Notes under the pieces: generated by a model
What the model was told of the DNA's origin: nothing
Seen by the model: only the letters and a program-made list of their open reading frames with translations
Databases searched by the model: none
Translations under genes and position numbers: made by a program
In this document: one piece after another, positions 28,515 to 37,870 of the stretch
How positions within the stretch are numbered: position 1 is the first letter of the stretch
Layout of the letters: every line of letters begins with the position of its first letter
DNA from: Nitrospirota bacterium
GTDB taxonomy: Bacteria; Nitrospirota; UBA9217
Reading direction: 5' to 3'
NCBI GenBank assembly: GCA_963663225.1
Contig: OY760142.1
Coordinates: 96,001-160,000, forward strand
DNA: 64,000 nt

Positions 28515-29463
28515 CTTTTCTCCTGAGAAGATACAAAAAATAAGGCGCGCCGATGATCGCCGTGACCATGCCTGCCGGAAGTTCCGCAGGCGGCAAGACA
28601 GACCGGCTGGCCAGATCAGCGATGCACAGAAGGGCGCCGCCTCCCAGGGCGGACGCCGGGATCAGCGCGCGGCTGTCCGCGCCGAAGAAAAACCGCATGA
28701 TATGCGGCATCAAAAGACCGATAAAACCGATCATGCCGCCGAGCGACACGGACGCCGCTGTCAGAAGCCCTACCGAAGTAAACAGAATGAACCGCTCGCG
28801 CTGGGGTGCAAAACCGAGGCTATGGGCCAGTTCATCTCCGAGCATGAGCGCATTAAGAGCCTTTGCCCTGCAAAGGGAAATGGCCACGCCGGCAAATACC
28901 AGCACGACTCCGTACGGTATTCGCTGCCAGTCCGACATGGACAGGTCCCCGAATATCCAGAGCATTGCCCGCCGCAATCCTTCATCAGTCGATAAACTCA
29001 TCAAAAGCATCAACAGCGCGGAAAACAAGAAGCTCAGGCCCACGCCGGCAAGCAGCAATCGCTCAGGCCAAAAACCGCCCCGCTTAAGCCCCATGACGCC
29101 CACAATCCCTCCCGTGATGATTGCACCAGAAAAAGCGAGCACAGGCACGGTAAAGCTGCCGAGGAACGACAATCCGCCGATAATGCCGAGGGCCGCCAAG
29201 AGCGATGCACCGCTGGATATTCCCAGAATGTACGGATCAGCCAGGGGATTCCTTAAAATACCCTGCAGCACCGCACCGGACGCGCCTAAAGCCATACCCA
29301 TGAGAAACGCAACCAGAACGCGCGGCAGCCGGATGTCCATCAGTATCTCCTGGTCCACATCGCTGAGCGCACCGGGCAGAATCATGTTCGGCCCCAGAAA
29401 GAGCGCACAGCAAAAAACAATCAGCACAAGAACAGCTAAAAACGTCATTTTTACTTGAGGCAT
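28498..29463 (-). CDS. FecCD/BtuC family ABC permease
   Basis: IRLPR, QGILRNPLADPYILGISSGA, GMIGFIGL..PH, GAPYFLYLL. Confidence 0.93.
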   Translation of the reverse strand: MPQVKMTFLAVLVLIVFCCALFLGPNMILPGALSDVDQEILMDIRLPRVLVAFLMGMALGASGAVLQGILRNPLADPYILGISSGASLLAALGIIGGLSFLGSFTVPVLAFSGAIITGGIVGVMGLKRGGFWPERLLLAGVGLSFLFSALLMLLMSLSTDEGLRRAMLWIFGDLSMSDWQRIPYGVVLVFAGVAISLCRAKALNALMLGDELAHSLGFAPQRERFILFTSVGLLTAASVSLGGMIGFIGLLMPHIMRFFFGADSRALIPASALGGGALLCIADLASRSVLPPAELPAGMVTAIIGAPYFLYLLRRKDVLNL

Positions 29464-30302
29464 GCCGAAAGCTCCTTAATTCCCGGAACAATCCGCGGAC
29501 CAAGGCGGTACAGATTGTCCCCGACATAGCACACGGCGCCGTTTTTGACCGCGGGTGTAGATGCCATCCGGGCAAGCACTCCGCGCGACACCGCGCGCAT
29601 GTCCATCCCCGATCCTTTGCCGATCACGATCTTGTCAGGGGGATGCCGGACCACTTCCTCGAGAGAGTATTTCGGATAGGCGCTCTTCGCTTTTCCCGCA
29701 ATGTTCTCGTACTCTAGGAGATTAATGACATCATTCATCGCGGTACGGGGGCCCGCAACAATAAGCGGTTCAGGCCAGACGATGAAAAGCACCCTTCCCT
29801 TCCTCTTATTATTGCCGCCTTCGAAAGCGTCTTCTCGTCCCAGCGCTCCTTCGATTTCACGTGCAAGCGCTTCCGCCCTTTCCGGCACCCCGAGCACCGT
29901 GCCGAGCTGTCTGATCCCCTGCGGAAGCTCGGAAATCCTGCGCGCCGTGAATACCACAATCGGAACACGCAATGATCGAAGCCTTTCCGCAAACTCCCGG
30001 GGATTGCCGTCTGTGGTCATGACTACCACATCCGGCTTGAGCGACACGACAGCCTCAAGCGACGGATTGGACATGCCCCCGATCCGGGGTTTTTTCTTGA
30101 CCGCCTCCGGATAGTCGCAAAAACTCGTGACCCCCACGATGTCCTTCTCCAGACCTAATGCAAACAAAATCTCCGTCACGTTCGGCGCAAGGGAGATGAT
30201 CCGTTTCGGGGGAACGGCAGTTTCCGCGCCGGAAAGACCCGGACAGGCCGTCGAAACCGCAATAAAAAGAATGAGAGTATATTTTTTAATTGTGCTCATC
30301 AC
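29451..30302 (-). CDS. Cobalamin-binding periplasmic protein (BtuF-like)
   Basis: RIISLAPNVTEILFALG, VGVT.FCDYP, LKPDVV, RLGPR; riboswitch-controlled. Confidence 0.88.
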   Translation of the reverse strand: MMSTIKKYTLILFIAVSTACPGLSGAETAVPPKRIISLAPNVTEILFALGLEKDIVGVTSFCDYPEAVKKKPRIGGMSNPSLEAVVSLKPDVVVMTTDGNPREFAERLRSLRVPIVVFTARRISELPQGIRQLGTVLGVPERAEALAREIEGALGREDAFEGGNNKRKGRVLFIVWPEPLIVAGPRTAMNDVINLLEYENIAGKAKSAYPKYSLEEVVRHPPDKIVIGKGSGMDMRAVSRGVLARMASTPAVKNGAVCYVGDNLYRLGPRIVPGIKELSACLK

Positions 30303-30331
30303 GGACTAGAACAGAACGCCTGCTTCCGCTC

Positions 30332-30371
30332 AAAATAAAAATCCCCAGTCTTCTCGAAAAGACTGGGGATT
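30332..30371 (-). terminator. Intrinsic terminator, expression platform of the upstream cobalamin riboswitch
   Basis: AATCCCCAGTCTT-ttcgag-AAGACTGGGGATT followed by TTTATTTT. Confidence 0.85.
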
Positions 30372-30422
30372 AATACGGAATATTAACCCACACATGGTCT
30401 TAACGCCGAAGACTGTGCGAGA

Positions 30423-30590
30423 ACATACAGGCAGGTTTTCTGGCTCTCCCTCCCTGCCTGCCTTCCCAGCCCCATAGGGCCAGTGGCGTTTGTCCGGCAG
30501 AGAATTATGGCTTCGCTCTACGCAAAGCCGGGATCACAGCGGCGGGTCCGCTCCCGATTCTCACGGGATTCCCTTCTCCTGTGTGTGGTC
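30423..30590 (-). ncRNA. Cobalamin riboswitch upstream of the ABC operon
   Basis: AGGGAA-TCCCGTGAGAATCGGGA-GCGGACCCGCCGCTGT; GCCACTGG; GGGAAGG; AGCCAGAAAACCTGCC; P1 ACAGG/CCTGT. Confidence 0.92.
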
Positions 30591-30670
30591 GTTTGTTTTT
30601 TATCTTATAGCACAAAGTAAACACTAATGTCAAAATTTTTTCCAGTTTCTTGCAATTTTACGCTTTAGTT

Positions 30671-30699
30671 TTGCTTGTTTTTTATCTCTATGGTATAAT
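30671..30699 (+). promoter_or_regulatory. Sigma70-type promoter (extended -10) for prfB
   Basis: TTGCTT-17 nt ending TGg-TATAAT. Confidence 0.7.
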
Positions 30700-30730
30700 T
30701 CGTCAGTTTATAATTCATGAGGAGACGGGA

Positions 30731-31865
30731 ATGCTCTTAGAAGATCTGCAACAGCAATTGCAAAACATCAAAGGCAGGCTTGAAGTCCTGCGGAGGCATC
30801 TTTGACACTCCTGCCAAGGAGTCCCGTTTAGCTGAACTTACCCGCCTTACGGAAACATCCGGTTTCTGGAATAATTCAGACAAGGCAAATTCCATTTTAA
30901 AAGAGAAAGCGCCCTTGGAACGGTCACTCAAAGACTGGACTGCGCTTTCGAACCGTCTGAGTGACCTCGAAGCTATGGCCGAGCTTGCTTCGGAAGAGGG
31001 CGGCGAATCCATGCACGCGGAATTAGAATTAGGAATAACTGCGATCCTCAAAGATATCGCATCCTCTGAAGTGGCGGCCCTGCTTTCGGGCGAGCAGGAC
31101 GCGTCGAACGCCATCGTTTCGATCCATCCCGGAGCGGGCGGCACCGAGGCACAGGATTGGGCAGAGATGCTGATGCGGATGTATCTGCGCTGGGCCGAGA
31201 AACGCGGCTACAAAACCGAGATCCTCGATTATCAGAGCGGTGAGGAAGCAGGGGTCAAATCTGTAACATTCACGGCTTCCGGAGATTACGCGTATGGCAG
31301 GCTGAAAGCAGAGGCCGGTGTGCACCGTCTTGTCAGGATATCTCCTTTTGATGCAAATAAACGCAGACACACGTCCTTTGCCTCCGTCTTTGTTTATCCG
31401 GAAGTCGAGGATGACATCGATATTACGATCGATGAAAAAGAACTCCGCATAGACACATACCGCGCATCAAGCGCCGGCGGCCAGCATGTGAACAAAACCG
31501 ACTCGGCCGTGCGAATCACGCACCTTCCCACCAACATCGTGGTGCAATGCCAGAACGAACGGTCCCAGCTCAAGAACAAAAACGTCGCCATGAAGGTCCT
31601 CCGTTCACGGTTGTATGAATTGCGGAAAAAAGAACAGGAAGAGAAGCTCGGCAAACTGGTGAGCGAAAAGAAGGATATCGCATGGGGAAGCCAGATCCGG
31701 TCGTACGTGTTCCAGCCGTATCAAATGGTGAAAGACCACCGGACTGGAACTGAAACGGGCAACGTAACCGCTGTCATGGACGGAGAACTCGATCAGTTTA
31801 TCGAGGCATATCTGATCGCGGGGAATCAACCTGCGGACAAGGGACAGAACTCGGTTGAAAATTAA
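30731..31865 (+). CDS. prfB: Peptide chain release factor 2, with programmed +1 frameshift at 30800-30806
   Basis: ATG 30731 reads 24 codons to CTT TGA C, preceded by internal GGAGG; the +1 frame carries the SPF and GGQ motifs. Confidence 0.97.
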
Positions 31866-31906
31866 TTACGATCGCCATAATCTACGCTGCGTAATTTACA
31901 CGTTGT

Positions 31907-33724
31907 CTAAATCCCCATCATCTGCGGCGACCGCGCATCAATGAATTTTTTGACTCCCTGATACAGCGATTCGGCAATTCTCTGGCGGTGCGCCTCAGTT
32001 TTCAGCAGTTTTTCTTCTTCAGGATTGCTGATGAAACCGACCTCGGCAAGAATGCTCGGCATTTTTGTGTTTACCAGCACGTAAAAAAAAGCCCGTTTAA
32101 CGCCCAGATTTACGTGTTTCGGCTGTCCAGGTTTTGCGTTTTCCACAAGCGACGTCTGGACAGCATAGGCAAGTTGATTTGATTCTTCATCTTTCGCCGC
32201 ATCCGTCAGATCCTTCAAGATCATCTCAAGTTCAGACTTCAGTTCGCTCAGCTTTTTCGTCGTCATGGCGTTTTCCCTCGCTGCCGTTGCCATGGCGTCT
32301 GCGTCTGATGCGTTCAATCCCTGGATATAGGTCTCGATTCCCCGGGCTTTGCGTTTTTTATTGGCATTCACATGAATCGAAACAAAGAGGTCGGCCCCCT
32401 TTGTTCTTGCTATCGCGGGCCTCTGTTCCAAAGGAATAAACACGTCCTTATTGCGGGTCATGACCACATTACAGCCCAACCGGTCTTTAACGAGAGCCGC
32501 AAGCCTTTTGGCAATATCAAGGGTGACATTTTTTTCCCTCAGCCCGTTTTTCCCGATGGCTCCCGGATCATGCCCGCCATGCCCGGCGTCTATTGCGATC
32601 GTTTTTACCTTCAGGCCCATCTGGTTCGATAAGGAAAGTTTGTTTCCATCGCCTGTCTTCGGCTCGGGCGCTTTGGCCGCCGGCTGCTTTCGGTGGTGTT
32701 TTTCCGGCTTCGGCGGAGCCTGGGTCCCGGTCTGGGCGCTTTCCGGTTTCTGCGGCGCGTCTGTTTCAGTGTTTTCCGCCTGCGCGAACGATTTTTTTTC
32801 GCTTTCTCCGGTCACGTCGATGACAAGCCGTTCCGGTTCGTGCAGGGGAAATGCGACATAGCTCTGGATGTTTGCGAGATCAAGAACAATGCGGACGACA
32901 TCAGGAGCGTACTGGCTGGCGCGAACCTGCTGAAGAATGCCGTCGTTTACCGGCAAAGGGTCCTTGTTGACGGAAGGGTCCAGCTGCGTATTCAGAAGAT
33001 CAAAAACCAGACGGTCCGGTTTTCTCAGTTCGGTCGCTTTAAATTTTATCGGTTTGTCCTGGTCGATGACGATGCGGGTATACGCACCACCGGACCAGTA
33101 GCGGATATTCTTTACAATCCCTTCCGGTTTCCCTTTGTCAGTTGAAGCGATCACCGGCGCAGCAGGCGGTTTTTTTATTGAGGGTTCCTGCTTCTTCGGC
33201 TTGGTGATAACCGGGCCGAGTCTCGATCCGGCCTTCTTGGTCCATGCATTGTTCGGGTATGTCTCTGCCAGCTTTGAGTAAACTATTGACGCCCCCGTCC
33301 GGTCTTTTTTGTGGTCCAGCAATATTTCAATTTCGCGGTACAACGCCTCGGGTGCTCTGGCATGTTTTGCATAAGCCGCCTGGCATTTGCCGAATACTTG
33401 AAGAGAATCATTCAAATCTTTTGAAGATTTATTGTGACGGTACAGTTCAAGATAGATGCCCGCACGGTCAAAACAGGCGTCAGCAGCGCTTGGACTTTTC
33501 GGGTATTGCTTTTCCACAAGCTCAAACGTCCGGATGCAGTCGATCCAGTAGGAACGGTATTTTTTCTTTTTAGGTGATTTCTTGAGTTCAGCGAGACGTT
33601 GGGAGGCGACAGTATACTTATGCCCGGCTTCACTATTGTAAGACGGGTATGCGGAAGCAGCAGCAAAAAACAGGATGGCGCAAGCCGTGAAGGCCGCGAT
33701 ACAGTGACGGCCGCGTATCAGCAT
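31907..33724 (-). CDS. N-acetylmuramoyl-L-alanine amidase (TPR-like, AMIN and Amidase_3 domains)
   Basis: Signal peptide, helical N-domain, AMIN (TRIVID...PDRLVFDL), IDAGHGGHDPGA, EK..TL, FVSIHVN, LAEVGFISN. Confidence 0.93.
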   Translation of the reverse strand: MLIRGRHCIAAFTACAILFFAAASAYPSYNSEAGHKYTVASQRLAELKKSPKKKKYRSYWIDCIRTFELVEKQYPKSPSAADACFDRAGIYLELYRHNKSSKDLNDSLQVFGKCQAAYAKHARAPEALYREIEILLDHKKDRTGASIVYSKLAETYPNNAWTKKAGSRLGPVITKPKKQEPSIKKPPAAPVIASTDKGKPEGIVKNIRYWSGGAYTRIVIDQDKPIKFKATELRKPDRLVFDLLNTQLDPSVNKDPLPVNDGILQQVRASQYAPDVVRIVLDLANIQSYVAFPLHEPERLVIDVTGESEKKSFAQAENTETDAPQKPESAQTGTQAPPKPEKHHRKQPAAKAPEPKTGDGNKLSLSNQMGLKVKTIAIDAGHGGHDPGAIGKNGLREKNVTLDIAKRLAALVKDRLGCNVVMTRNKDVFIPLEQRPAIARTKGADLFVSIHVNANKKRKARGIETYIQGLNASDADAMATAARENAMTTKKLSELKSELEMILKDLTDAAKDEESNQLAYAVQTSLVENAKPGQPKHVNLGVKRAFFYVLVNTKMPSILAEVGFISNPEEEKLLKTEAHRQRIAESLYQGVKKFIDARSPQMMGI

Positions 33725-33768
33725 AATAATCTTTTCATTTTTTAACCGAATTACGGGGAGATGTCAAC

Positions 33769-33800
33769 AAAAAAAGCCCCGGATGCACCGGGGCTTTTTT
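33769..33800 (-). terminator. Intrinsic terminator after rplT
   Basis: aaaaaaagccccgg-atgca-ccggggctttttt. Confidence 0.85.
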
Positions 33801-33831
33801 GTTTTTGCTGGAAAAGCGCAAACCAAAACCG

Positions 33832-34185
33832 CTACGAGGCTGTTTTGGCCGTCTCTGCAAGCTTTGTAAAACCTGCAGGATCGGATACGGCAAGCTCTGC
33901 AAGTATCTTCCGGTCAATTGCCACGCCATTTTTGGCAAGGCCAGCGATAAGTCTGCTGTAGGTCAGACCGTTCAATCGTGCAGCTGCGTTGATACGGGCA
34001 ATCCAAAGTCTGCGGAAATCCCGCTTCCGGGCCTTGCGGTCCCGGTATGCATACTTGAGGGCCCGATCCACCGCTTCGGTAGCGGAACGGAATAGTTTTG
34101 ATTTTGCACCCCAGTAACCTTCAGCCAGGTTAAGCACACGTTTTCTTCTGGCCCGCGTCTTGGGGCCGCCTTTAGCTCTCGGCAT
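33832..34185 (-). CDS. rplT: 50S ribosomal protein L20
   Basis: MPRAKGG...GYWG...[24 protein letters not shown]. Confidence 0.99.
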   Translation of the reverse strand: MPRAKGGPKTRARRKRVLNLAEGYWGAKSKLFRSATEAVDRALKYAYRDRKARKRDFRRLWIARINAAARLNGLTYSRLIAGLAKNGVAIDRKILAELAVSDPAGFTKLAETAKTAS

Positions 34186-34278
34186 GTTAGAACCTCCTTA
34201 AATCATCAAGCGTGATCCACGATACAAATCTTTCTCTGTGAGGCAGCGTTGTACAAAGTGATCGTGTTCTTCAAACTA

Positions 34279-34488
34279 CTATTTGCTTCCGTACGGCAAC
34301 ATTTGTTGAATGTTCTTAGTATTATCTTTATCTACTGCAAAAGAACCCGACAAACGCCGCTTGCGGGTGGCATTTTTGCCTGACAGCAGATGCCTTTTCC
34401 ATCCCTTGCGCCTCATGATTTTTCCACTGCCGGTCACTTTCAACCGTTTGGCGGCGCTCCGATTGGTTTTTAATTTCATTTTTGCCAT
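34279..34488 (-). CDS. rpmI: 50S ribosomal protein L35
   Basis: KLKTNRSAAKRLKVTGSGK...HLL...MLPY. Confidence 0.97.
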   Translation of the reverse strand: MAKMKLKTNRSAAKRLKVTGSGKIMRRKGWKRHLLSGKNATRKRRLSGSFAVDKDNTKNIQQMLPYGSK

Positions 34489-34542
34489 TTCTTTTCCCCT
34501 TCCGGTAATTTCAACTTCATATATGTCAGCAGCAGTACAAGT

Positions 34543-35112
34543 TCATCCCGCTGGAGTAGTCTTGGTTTTTTCTTCCTGCTGTTTTTTGGTCGCTATGTCC
34601 TTTGTTTTAGCTCCCAGCAGCAGCATCATGTTCCGGCCTTCCATACGCGGCGACTGCTCCACAACGGCTTCATTTTGAAGATCGGTTACAATCCGGTCAA
34701 GCACTGCTTTGCCCATTTCAATATGAGCCATTTCTCTTCCCCGGAACATCACACTCACCTTCACCTTGTATCCGTCGGCAAGGAAGCGCTTAATATTGTT
34801 CGTTTTAAACTGTACGTCGTGTTCATCAGTTCTCGGCCTGAGTTTGATTTCCTTGACCACAATGACCGTCTGATGTTTTCGTGCCTCGTTTGCCTTCTTG
34901 GCAAGCTCGTACTTGTATTTTCCAAAATCCATGATGCGGCACACCGGAGGTTTTGCCGTAGGCGCCACTTCTACAAGGTCGAGTCCGCTTTCTTCCGCCC
35001 TTCTGATCGCCTCACGGGTGTCCAGAATCCCCAGTTGTTCGCCATCTGCAGAAATGACCCGGACTTCTCTTACCTTGATGCCGTAATTGACTCTTGTCGT
35101 AATTTTACTGAT
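34543..35112 (-). CDS. infC: Translation initiation factor IF-3 with non-canonical ATC start
   Basis: Frame stays open upstream of the ORF-track start (RVNYGIKVREVRVI...GEQLG...DLVEVAP); GGGGGTG SD 7 nt before ATC 35112; PPVCRIMDFGKYKYE, KEIKLRP. Confidence 0.95.
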   Translation of the reverse strand: MSKITTRVNYGIKVREVRVISADGEQLGILDTREAIRRAEESGLDLVEVAPTAKPPVCRIMDFGKYKYELAKKANEARKHQTVIVVKEIKLRPRTDEHDVQFKTNNIKRFLADGYKVKVSVMFRGREMAHIEMGKAVLDRIVTDLQNEAVVEQSPRMEGRNMMLLLGAKTKDIATKKQQEEKTKTTPAG

Positions 35113-35126
35113 AAACGATCACCCCC

Positions 35127-37058
35127 TTAACTATGAAGAGTACATTTTTTTTCATGAATGGCGTTCAGCACATTCTGAGTAAATTCTTCCAGCCGCATGA
35201 CGCCCAAATCTTTTCCGCCCCGGACGCGCACCGCAACAGCATTCTGCTGCACTTCCTTGTCACCGACCACGAGAATATAGGGTGTTTTTTCCAGTTCGGC
35301 CTCCCTGATTTTAAACCCTACCTTCTCTGAGCGGGCGTCAAGCTCTGCTCTGATACCCGCTGCTCGCAGCTTGTCCCTCACCCCTTTTGCATATTCAAGC
35401 TGCTTGTCGGTAATTGACAGCACCTTTGCCTGCACCGGGGCGAGCCAGACCGGGAATGCGCCTGCGTAGTGTTCAATCAGCATGCCGAAAAAACGCTCCA
35501 TAGATCCCAGCAGCGCACGGTGAACCACATACGGTCGATGGGCCTGGTTGTCAATGCCGACATACGTCATATCAAAGCGATCGGGCAGGTTGAAATCAAA
35601 CTGAACCGTCGAACACTGCCACAGTCTGCCCAAAGCATCCTTGATTTTGATGTCGATTTTGGGGCCATAGAAAGCACCGCCGCCTTCGTCCATCTCATAC
35701 GCAAGGTCCACTTTGTCTGCCGCGATTTTAAGCGCTTGTGTTGCCTGCTCCCATCGGGCATTGTCGCCGACAGCGTCTTCCGGCCTTGTCGCGATATACG
35801 CCTTAAACTCCTGGAACCCGAAGGTTCTGAGCATCGTGACCACAAAATCGATAACCCGGATAATTTCCTGCTCCATATCTTCCGGAGCCACAAAGATATG
35901 GGCATCGTCCTGGGTAAACCCCCGTACGCGCAAAAGTCCATGCAATACGCCGGAGCGCTCAAAACGATAGACTGTTCCTAATTCCGCAAACCGGAGCGGC
36001 AAATCACGGTATGACCGAAGTTTGTTCTTGTAGATCATGATATGGAAGGGGCAGTTCATGGGTTTTACGTAATACTCCTGCCCTTCCACATCCATGGAAG
36101 AATACATGTTCTCCCGATAAAAACTCAGATGGCCGGACGTTTCCCACAGATTGGCGCGGCCCACGTGAGGTGAATACACAAAATCGTAGCCGTTCTTCTG
36201 GTGTTCGTCGCGCCAGAAGTCCTCGATGGTTTTGCGGATCAATGCACCCCGCGGATGCCATAGGGCAAGGCCGCCGCCTACTTCTTCCGACAAGGAAAAA
36301 AGATCCAGCTCCTTGCCGAGTTTCCGGTGATCGCGCCGTTTAATCTCTTCGAGGCGGACAAGATACTCGTCCAGTGCTTCTTTCGTCGGGAACGAGATGC
36401 CGTAAATCCGCTGCAGCATCTTGTTTTTTTCATCCCCGCGCCAATACGCACCCGCCACCGACACAAGTTTGAACGATTTTATCTTTGCAGTGGAGGCAAC
36501 ATGCGGCCCCCGGCAGAGATCCGTAAAATCCTCTTGTTCGTAGATTGAAATTACATCATCAGGGAGCTCTTGAATGAGCTCAACTTTATACGGCTCTGCT
36601 GATTTTTGAAAGAGCGCGATTGCTTCCGCCTTGGATATTGTCTTTCTTCTTATCGGTACGGACGCTTTTGACAATTCCGCCATTTTTGCTTCTATGCGCG
36701 TGAGGTCTTCCGGTGTAAACGGACGCTCAAAGTCAAAATCGTAATAAAATCCTTCGTCAATAGCCGGACCGATTGCTAGTTTTGCCTGGGGGAAAATCCG
36801 TTTGACCGCGTGCGCCATCAAATGCGAAGTACTGTGCCAATATACTTCACGCCCTTCCGGGGCACCAAAAGTCACGATCTCAATTGCAGCATTGTGCTCA
36901 AGAGAGACGTTGAGATCCTGAAGTCTGCCGTCAACTTTTATGGCAAGCGCGTCTTTAGCGAGGCGAGAGCCGATTTTCTCGGCGACTTCCTGACCGGTGA
37001 TGCCAGCGGCATACTTCTTTTCCGAACCGTCAAGCAGCCTGAGTTGTATTTCACTCAT
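35127..37058 (-). CDS. thrS: Threonine--tRNA ligase
   Basis: TGS domain, HSTSHLMA, DLCRGPH, RDHRKLG, KPMNCP, RVRGFTQDDAH, GAFYGPKID. Confidence 0.99.
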   Translation of the reverse strand: MSEIQLRLLDGSEKKYAAGITGQEVAEKIGSRLAKDALAIKVDGRLQDLNVSLEHNAAIEIVTFGAPEGREVYWHSTSHLMAHAVKRIFPQAKLAIGPAIDEGFYYDFDFERPFTPEDLTRIEAKMAELSKASVPIRRKTISKAEAIALFQKSAEPYKVELIQELPDDVISIYEQEDFTDLCRGPHVASTAKIKSFKLVSVAGAYWRGDEKNKMLQRIYGISFPTKEALDEYLVRLEEIKRRDHRKLGKELDLFSLSEEVGGGLALWHPRGALIRKTIEDFWRDEHQKNGYDFVYSPHVGRANLWETSGHLSFYRENMYSSMDVEGQEYYVKPMNCPFHIMIYKNKLRSYRDLPLRFAELGTVYRFERSGVLHGLLRVRGFTQDDAHIFVAPEDMEQEIIRVIDFVVTMLRTFGFQEFKAYIATRPEDAVGDNARWEQATQALKIAADKVDLAYEMDEGGGAFYGPKIDIKIKDALGRLWQCSTVQFDFNLPDRFDMTYVGIDNQAHRPYVVHRALLGSMERFFGMLIEHYAGAFPVWLAPVQAKVLSITDKQLEYAKGVRDKLRAAGIRAELDARSEKVGFKIREAELEKTPYILVVGDKEVQQNAVAVRVRGGKDLGVMRLEEFTQNVLNAIHEKKCTLHS

Positions 37059-37100
37059 AATAGATAACAGATAGATGGATGACTTTACGTAAGTAAGTCA

Positions 37101-37175
37101 TGGTAGGCCCGGGCGGTTTCGAACCGCCGACCTCTACCGTGTCAAGGTAGCGCTCTCCCCCTGAGCTACGAGCCT
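37101..37175 (-). tRNA. tRNA-Val(GAC)
   Basis: Cloverleaf AGGCTCG...CTACC-TTGACAC-GGTAG...GGTTCGAAA...CGGGCCT-ACCA with encoded CCA. Confidence 0.97.
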
Positions 37176-37200
37176 GTGCTTTCTATTTATGTAAAAGCGG

Positions 37201-37229
37201 ATTTTATTAAATTTCATATAGTTTGTCAA
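37201..37229 (-). promoter_or_regulatory. Sigma70-type promoter for the tRNA-Val/thrS operon
   Basis: TTGACA-17 nt-TAAAAT. Confidence 0.75.
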
Positions 37230-37441
37230 GCGTAAAAAAACCCTGCTAAAAAATAATTCGATGTATTCTATTGTTTTTTAGTTTTATCTTCTGATATAAT
37301 AGTATTACTTGTACATAATTCTTTCACCGCCCAGCTCACATCACAGTCTCTATTGCGTTTCGTCCATGAAACAGGTTATATTTTTTAAACAGACCATTCT
37401 CATCCGGCTATACTATATTTTGAGGCACTACCTTATCCTGC

Positions 37442-37852
37442 ATGGTCCTGAATGTGAATAAGAAACACTCTGCATACAAGGAAGTCCAGCGCTACACTCT
37501 GGCCAATCCAAGAAGTTGTTCTCTTGGAGTCATTACGCATAAAAACCTTGAGTGGATCGAATACAGCGTCAGGATCGTGGACATGAGCATTCTTGGAATC
37601 GGGGTGGAATCGAACCAGCAGATCCCCTCAGGCCTCGTATGGTTCAAAAAACGCGTCGGGGGCCACAAATGCGGAGCCCTCCGCTGGAGCACTCAACGGG
37701 ACTTTCATTTTCGGGCAGGCATAGAGTTTATGGATTTGTCGCGCGATATGGAAGAATATCTGCAGCAACAGATAAAGCAGTCACAACCCCATCAACCTAT
37801 TACCGACCCGGAACAACTTATCACAACACTGCTGGATGCCGTCAACAAATGA
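37442..37852 (+). CDS. PilZ-like domain protein
   Basis: IVDMSILGIGV (DxSxxG), LRW and RAGIEF strands; RxxxR motif only partial (KEVQR). Confidence 0.55.
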   Translation: MVLNVNKKHSAYKEVQRYTLANPRSCSLGVITHKNLEWIEYSVRIVDMSILGIGVESNQQIPSGLVWFKKRVGGHKCGALRWSTQRDFHFRAGIEFMDLSRDMEEYLQQQIKQSQPHQPITDPEQLITTLLDAVNK

Positions 37853-37870
37853 GCCTGTTATACTGCATGT

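Noticed and set aside
28553-29458. 301-aa plus-strand ORF
   Set aside because: Antisense shadow of the hydrophobic BtuC-like permease
37059-37175. tRNA-Val as an integration site or island boundary
   Set aside because: No integrase and no duplicated tRNA 3' end; thrS follows directly
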